Shown here piece by piece: positions 45,039 through 50,296 of a stretch of 50,296 bases of DNA. The stretch is from Candidatus Hadarchaeales archaeon (GTDB taxonomy: Archaea > Hadarchaeota > Hadarchaeia > Hadarchaeales > JAWBSP01). The position numbers were made by a program, and so were the translations under genes. The stretch spans positions 1 through 50,296 of the forward strand of contig JAWBSP010000004.1 in assembly GCA_038842485.1 (NCBI GenBank), given 5' to 3'. Each line of letters opens with the position of its first letter. The first letter of the stretch is position 1. The notes below the pieces were generated by a model. That model was not told where the DNA came from. It searched no databases and was given only the letters and a program-made list of their open reading frames with translations.

Positions 45039-45644
45039 CTATCTTGCTTCCTTGGCGATTCTTTCCACTTCCTCCTTTCTAGCGAAGGCGTAACTCTTCG
45101 AGTCAGCATTGGCCGCCAAGATGATTTCCTCGGCCAGACACTCCCAGATGGGTTTCCGGTTTCTGAAGGAGGCTAGGAAAGCACCGGCCGCTAGGTTCTT
45201 GAGACTCGTGTTTATCCTTCTAAGGGGGGACACATCTACCGCCACGTGATAGGTTATCCCGCCGTAACTTAGTCTGGTGGTTTCCTCGCGAGGGGCACAG
45301 TTCACAATAGCATCGACCAACACCTGAAGGGGATTCTTCTTGGTTCTCTGGTGGATGATCTCAAACGCCTTCTGGACGATGTTGTAGGCTTTGTATTTTT
45401 TTCCGCAGGCCCCCCTTCCTCTTATCACCCTCCCCCCTACCTTGCCAGCGCCCGGCCCTGAGCGCATCACCTTATTGATGAGCCTCTCAACGATGGGAAC
45501 TTCGGTCTTACCGAACGGTTTCTTAGCATGTATCCCTCCCGACCTCAGGGTGGGCAGGCCTTCGAGTCTGATGTATTTTGCCAAAGTTGGATCTCTGATT
45601 TCCACGCCTTCCGCCGACCATTTCCCGAAGTAGTTAAAGCCCAA
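45039..45644 (-). CDS. rps7: 30S ribosomal protein S7
   Basis: IVERLIN, NPLQVLV.AI.N.APREET, VDVSPLRR. Confidence 0.97.
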   Translation of the reverse strand: MGFNYFGKWSAEGVEIRDPTLAKYIRLEGLPTLRSGGIHAKKPFGKTEVPIVERLINKVMRSGPGAGKVGGRVIRGRGACGKKYKAYNIVQKAFEIIHQRTKKNPLQVLVDAIVNCAPREETTRLSYGGITYHVAVDVSPLRRINTSLKNLAAGAFLASFRNRKPIWECLAEEIILAANADSKSYAFARKEEVERIAKEAR

Positions 45645-45647
45645 GCT

Positions 45648-46076
45648 TCACCTCTTTGGTTTTTCCTTCCTCCCCGTTCTTATTTCTTCCAGCGAAATTC
45701 CATTAACCGAAACTACCTTGTATCTAACCCCCGGGATGTCACCCTTTGCCCTGCCTTTGGCCCCTCCTATGCCTTCGATTTCAACCTCGTCGTGCTCATC
45801 GATAAAGTTGATCGCCCCATCTCCGGGGCAGAAAGCTGTGACCACCTTTCCGTTTTTGACCAACTGAACCCTTACGCATTTGCGGATGGCCGAGTTTGGC
45901 TGTTTGGCCTCCACCCCTACTTTCTCCAGCACGATACCTCTGGCCCGAGGAGCGCCCTCCAGCGGGTCGTGTTTTTCCTTGAGCTTGAGGACCCTTCTGC
46001 GGTAGCCCTCATCCTTCCACCTAAATCTCTGCCGGCTCCTCTTCAACTTCCTCGCTGCGAGTTCTCCCCTACCCAT
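45648..46076 (-). CDS. rps12: 30S ribosomal protein S12
   Basis: [27 protein letters not shown]. Confidence 0.98.
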   Translation of the reverse strand: MGRGELAARKLKRSRQRFRWKDEGYRRRVLKLKEKHDPLEGAPRARGIVLEKVGVEAKQPNSAIRKCVRVQLVKNGKVVTAFCPGDGAINFIDEHDEVEIEGIGGAKGRAKGDIPGVRYKVVSVNGISLEEIRTGRKEKPKR

Positions 46077-46081
46077 CGTAC

Positions 46082-46512
46082 TTATAGATGGGAGGTTCTA
46101 ACCATCACTTCCCTCACCCCGTGGAACCTAGCCAGCAGCCTCTTGGCCCTCGCCAGCCTCTTTTTACCCTCCCCTAGTGCCAAACCCTTGGAACCAAATC
46201 TTACCTCTACCGTAACCGTCTTTCCGTCGTCGCTCCTCAGAATCCGAGTAACTTCGGCCGGGTAGAAGAGGTTTTTCACGAACTCTTGGAAGTCCTCCGA
46301 GTAACCCACCACGTGTATGGGCCTGCCTATGATTTTGGCAAACCTTTTAAGATTGCCACCTCCCCTTCCAAGACACTTGCCGAGCTCAGCTTGATTGACC
46401 ACAAAAGTCAGCTCCCCATCCTCCCCCATCACACAGTCCCTCACCTTTGTTTGAGTAACACCCTCGAACAGGGTTATGAACTTCATCTCCTCAGGGCCGA
46501 GTTTTATGCCCT

Positions 46513-46516
<4 letters not shown>
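46082..46516 (-). CDS. nusA: Archaeal NusA-like KH-domain protein
   Basis: FITLFE..T....DC, two GxxG-like KH loops; conserved operon position. Confidence 0.92.
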
Positions 46517-47977
<1,461 letters not shown>

Positions 47978-50296
47978 TTACCCTAGCACCTTTGTGATGA
48001 TGCTTTCCACATCCACGGCTTTTCCTCTCTCGCTCTTCATGGGGTTGGTTCCGTCCTCACCGTAGAGAAACTGAACCACTCTCCCGCTGACCCCTTTAAC
48101 CATTCCATTCTCCATCACCCTCAGATCCTGGAGGGCGTTCACCAATCTCCGCTGCAGGTACCCGCTCTGGGAAGTTCTTACGGCAGTGTCAACTAGTCCC
48201 TCCCTTCCACCCATCGCGTGGAAGAAAAATTCTATGGGGTTCAATCCGCGTTTATAGCTGGAGGAGACAAACCCTCTCGCTTCCGCTCCCAGATCACCGC
48301 GCGGGAAGTGCGGGAGAACCCTCTGGAAGTACCCCCGTTTGAGCCTCTCGCCTCTTATGGATTGCTGTCCCACGCAGCCCGTCATCTGGGTAAGGTTCAG
48401 CATGCTCCCTCTAGCGCCCGTTTTTGCCATGATTACGGAGGGGTTGGTGAGTCCCAAGTACTTCTCTGCCACCTCTCCCGCCTTGTCTCTCGCATCCGCC
48501 AGCTCCTCCATTATTCTCATCTCCAGAGTCTCCTCCAAACTTCTCCCGGGCAGGGGTTCCATCTCTCCCCTGTTGTAAATCTCAATCAGCTTGTTCACCT
48601 CTTTCTTCTTTTCCTCCAGAATCTCCTTTATTCTCTCCAGTGCTTGGGGGGGTATCTCCTCATCATCCAGTGCCGTGGTGAAGCCCAGCATTTTTACGGC
48701 TGCGATGGAAAGCCTAGTTAACCGGTCCAGAAACTCTCCAGCCGCAGCCGGCCCGAGGTCTTTTGCTATGCGATCTATAATGACACACTTATCCAAGGCC
48801 TTGATGGCGTTGGCATCGATGGCACCGCTCAAAAGCTCACCATTCTTTATCACCACGTAGGCATCTATTGGACAGTTCATCCCCTTACACTCCGAGTGGT
48901 GCTCGCATATTTTTGCCTTGAAGCTCAGGGTCAGCTCCTTCGGAAGTATCATGCTAAAAATCTGCTTACCTGTCCAATACGGAACCCCCTCCTTCTTCAC
49001 CGCCGGCGGTGGCAACTCTGCCATTATCCCCGCTTCAAACAACAGCTGCTGTGCCTTCTCTTTGGTTAAGAGGGTTTCTTCTCCTGTGATGGGATCTCTC
49101 CTCGTGAGAAGATATGCCCCCGTGATATGCTCTTGAATTCCCCCGATAATGGGACCACCAAATCTGGGGGAAAGAATGTGCTCCTGCACGTAAAGGAGAA
49201 TTCTGGCCTCAGCTTGAGCCTCCTCGCTCTGCAACACATGGAGGTTCATCTCGTCCCCGTCGAAGTCCGCGTTGAAGGGCGGGCAAACGGAGAGGTTCAG
49301 TCTAAAGGTTCTTCCAGGCATCACCCTGACTTTGTGGGCCATGATGGACATCCTGTGAAGCGAGGGTTGCCTGTTGAAGAGCACGAGATCACCGTCCATG
49401 AGGTGTCTCTCCACGGTCCAGCCCACGTCCAAGCTCTTTGCCAGCTCCTCCCGGTCCGCAAAGCGGAGGTCGTACCTCTTCCCGTCTGGTGTTATCACCC
49501 ACCTAGCTCCCGGGTGGAGATCGGGGCCCCTCCTGACATAGTTCCTCGCCTCCTCCAGATTGTAGGGGGTAACCTTGAGTGGAACCGTCAGATCCTTTGC
49601 CACATACTCCGGGACCCCCACCTCGTTAATGCTGATGGAGGGATCGGGGGAGACCACCGCCCTGGCGGAGAAGTCAACCCTCTTTCCGCACAGGTAGCCC
49701 CTAAACCTTCCCTCCTTTCCCTTGAGCCGCTGGGCGAGCGTGGTCAGCACCCTACCGGATCTGTGCCTAGCGGGTGGAACCCCGGAGATTTCGTTTGAGA
49801 AGTAGGTCGCCACATGATATTGGAGGAGCTCCCACAGATCCTCAACAATCAGATGGGGGGCTCCAGCCTGAATGTTGTCAACGAGCCTCTCGTTTATTCT
49901 TATGATGTCCACCAACTTGTGGGTAAGGTCATCCTCTGATCTTATCCCAGTCTCAAGAATCATGCTCGGTCTGACGGTCGGTGGGGGGACGGGCAGAACC
50001 GTCAGAACCATCCACTCTGGTCTGACAATCCTGGAATCGATCCCCAAGAGCATGGCATCCGAGTCCGTTATCCACTCCAACCTCTCCCTCACATCCAAGG
50101 GAGTTTTCCTCTCCTTCCCCTCTATTATGGTGTAGGGTTTCTCGAGCTTGACCTCTAACTGCTGCTCACCACAATGCGGACAGTCCTTCACCCCAGCTGC
50201 CCTTGCCCTCACCTTCTCGGAAATCCGCCACCACTCCTCCATCTGCTGCATCTTCTGGCGGAAGTCCTCCAAAGTATCCTCAGGAAGCAGGATTCT
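47978..50296 (-). CDS. rpoA1: DNA-directed RNA polymerase subunit A' (Rpo1N), 5' end outside the window
   Basis: NADFDGDEMN catalytic motif, LFNRQPSLH, GGREGLVDTAVRT. Confidence 0.98.
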   Translation of the reverse strand, partial: RILLPEDTLEDFRQKMQQMEEWWRISEKVRARAAGVKDCPHCGEQQLEVKLEKPYTIIEGKERKTPLDVRERLEWITDSDAMLLGIDSRIVRPEWMVLTVLPVPPPTVRPSMILETGIRSEDDLTHKLVDIIRINERLVDNIQAGAPHLIVEDLWELLQYHVATYFSNEISGVPPARHRSGRVLTTLAQRLKGKEGRFRGYLCGKRVDFSARAVVSPDPSISINEVGVPEYVAKDLTVPLKVTPYNLEEARNYVRRGPDLHPGARWVITPDGKRYDLRFADREELAKSLDVGWTVERHLMDGDLVLFNRQPSLHRMSIMAHKVRVMPGRTFRLNLSVCPPFNADFDGDEMNLHVLQSEEAQAEARILLYVQEHILSPRFGGPIIGGIQEHITGAYLLTRRDPITGEETLLTKEKAQQLLFEAGIMAELPPPAVKKEGVPYWTGKQIFSMILPKELTLSFKAKICEHHSECKGMNCPIDAYVVIKNGELLSGAIDANAIKALDKCVIIDRIAKDLGPAAAGEFLDRLTRLSIAAVKMLGFTTALDDEEIPPQALERIKEILEEKKKEVNKLIEIYNRGEMEPLPGRSLEETLEMRIMEELADARDKAGEVAEKYLGLTNPSVIMAKTGARGSMLNLTQMTGCVGQQSIRGERLKRGYFQRVLPHFPRGDLGAEARGFVSSSYKRGLNPIEFFFHAMGGREGLVDTAVRTSQSGYLQRRLVNALQDLRVMENGMVKGVSGRVVQFLYGEDGTNPMKSERGKAVDVESIITKVLG

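Overview
Archaeal chromosome segment from a probable thermophilic anaerobe. A Hadarchaeota-like lineage is my inference from the Euryarchaeota-type tRNA-Trp intron, split RpoA'/A'', class II HMG-CoA reductase and large Ig/FN3 surface proteins. Housekeeping content: leuS, rpl37e, Sm/Lsm, a DAP lysine cluster (aminotransferase-lysA-lysC-dapA), apgM, class III RNR nrdDG, HMGR, deoxyhypusine synthase, thioredoxin, SRP RNA, eight tRNAs and the rpoA1-rpoA2-rpl30e-nusA-rps12-rps7 operon. Accessory content sits next to tRNAs: toxin-antitoxin pairs and remnants, and a tyrosine integrase with an in-frame stop. The most unusual signals are: (1) a ~390-bp intergenic array of a 16-bp palindrome, TGTTACTATAGTAACA, resembling bacterial parS, upstream of a five-gene pilin-like operon; (2) a coiled-coil operon with two ungapped-alignable paralogs ending in an intermediate-filament-like motif; (3) a 43-aa Zn ribbon missing from the ORF track, also found fused to NrdD in place of the ATP-cone, with related ACTAC-rich sequence upstream of both; (4) a two-MinD/ArsR module beside a surface protein with repeated cytoplasmic motifs; (5) two tRNA-Gln genes with D-loop introns, one carrying two introns around a 5-nt exon. 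All calls come from reading motifs by eye; no database searches were run.
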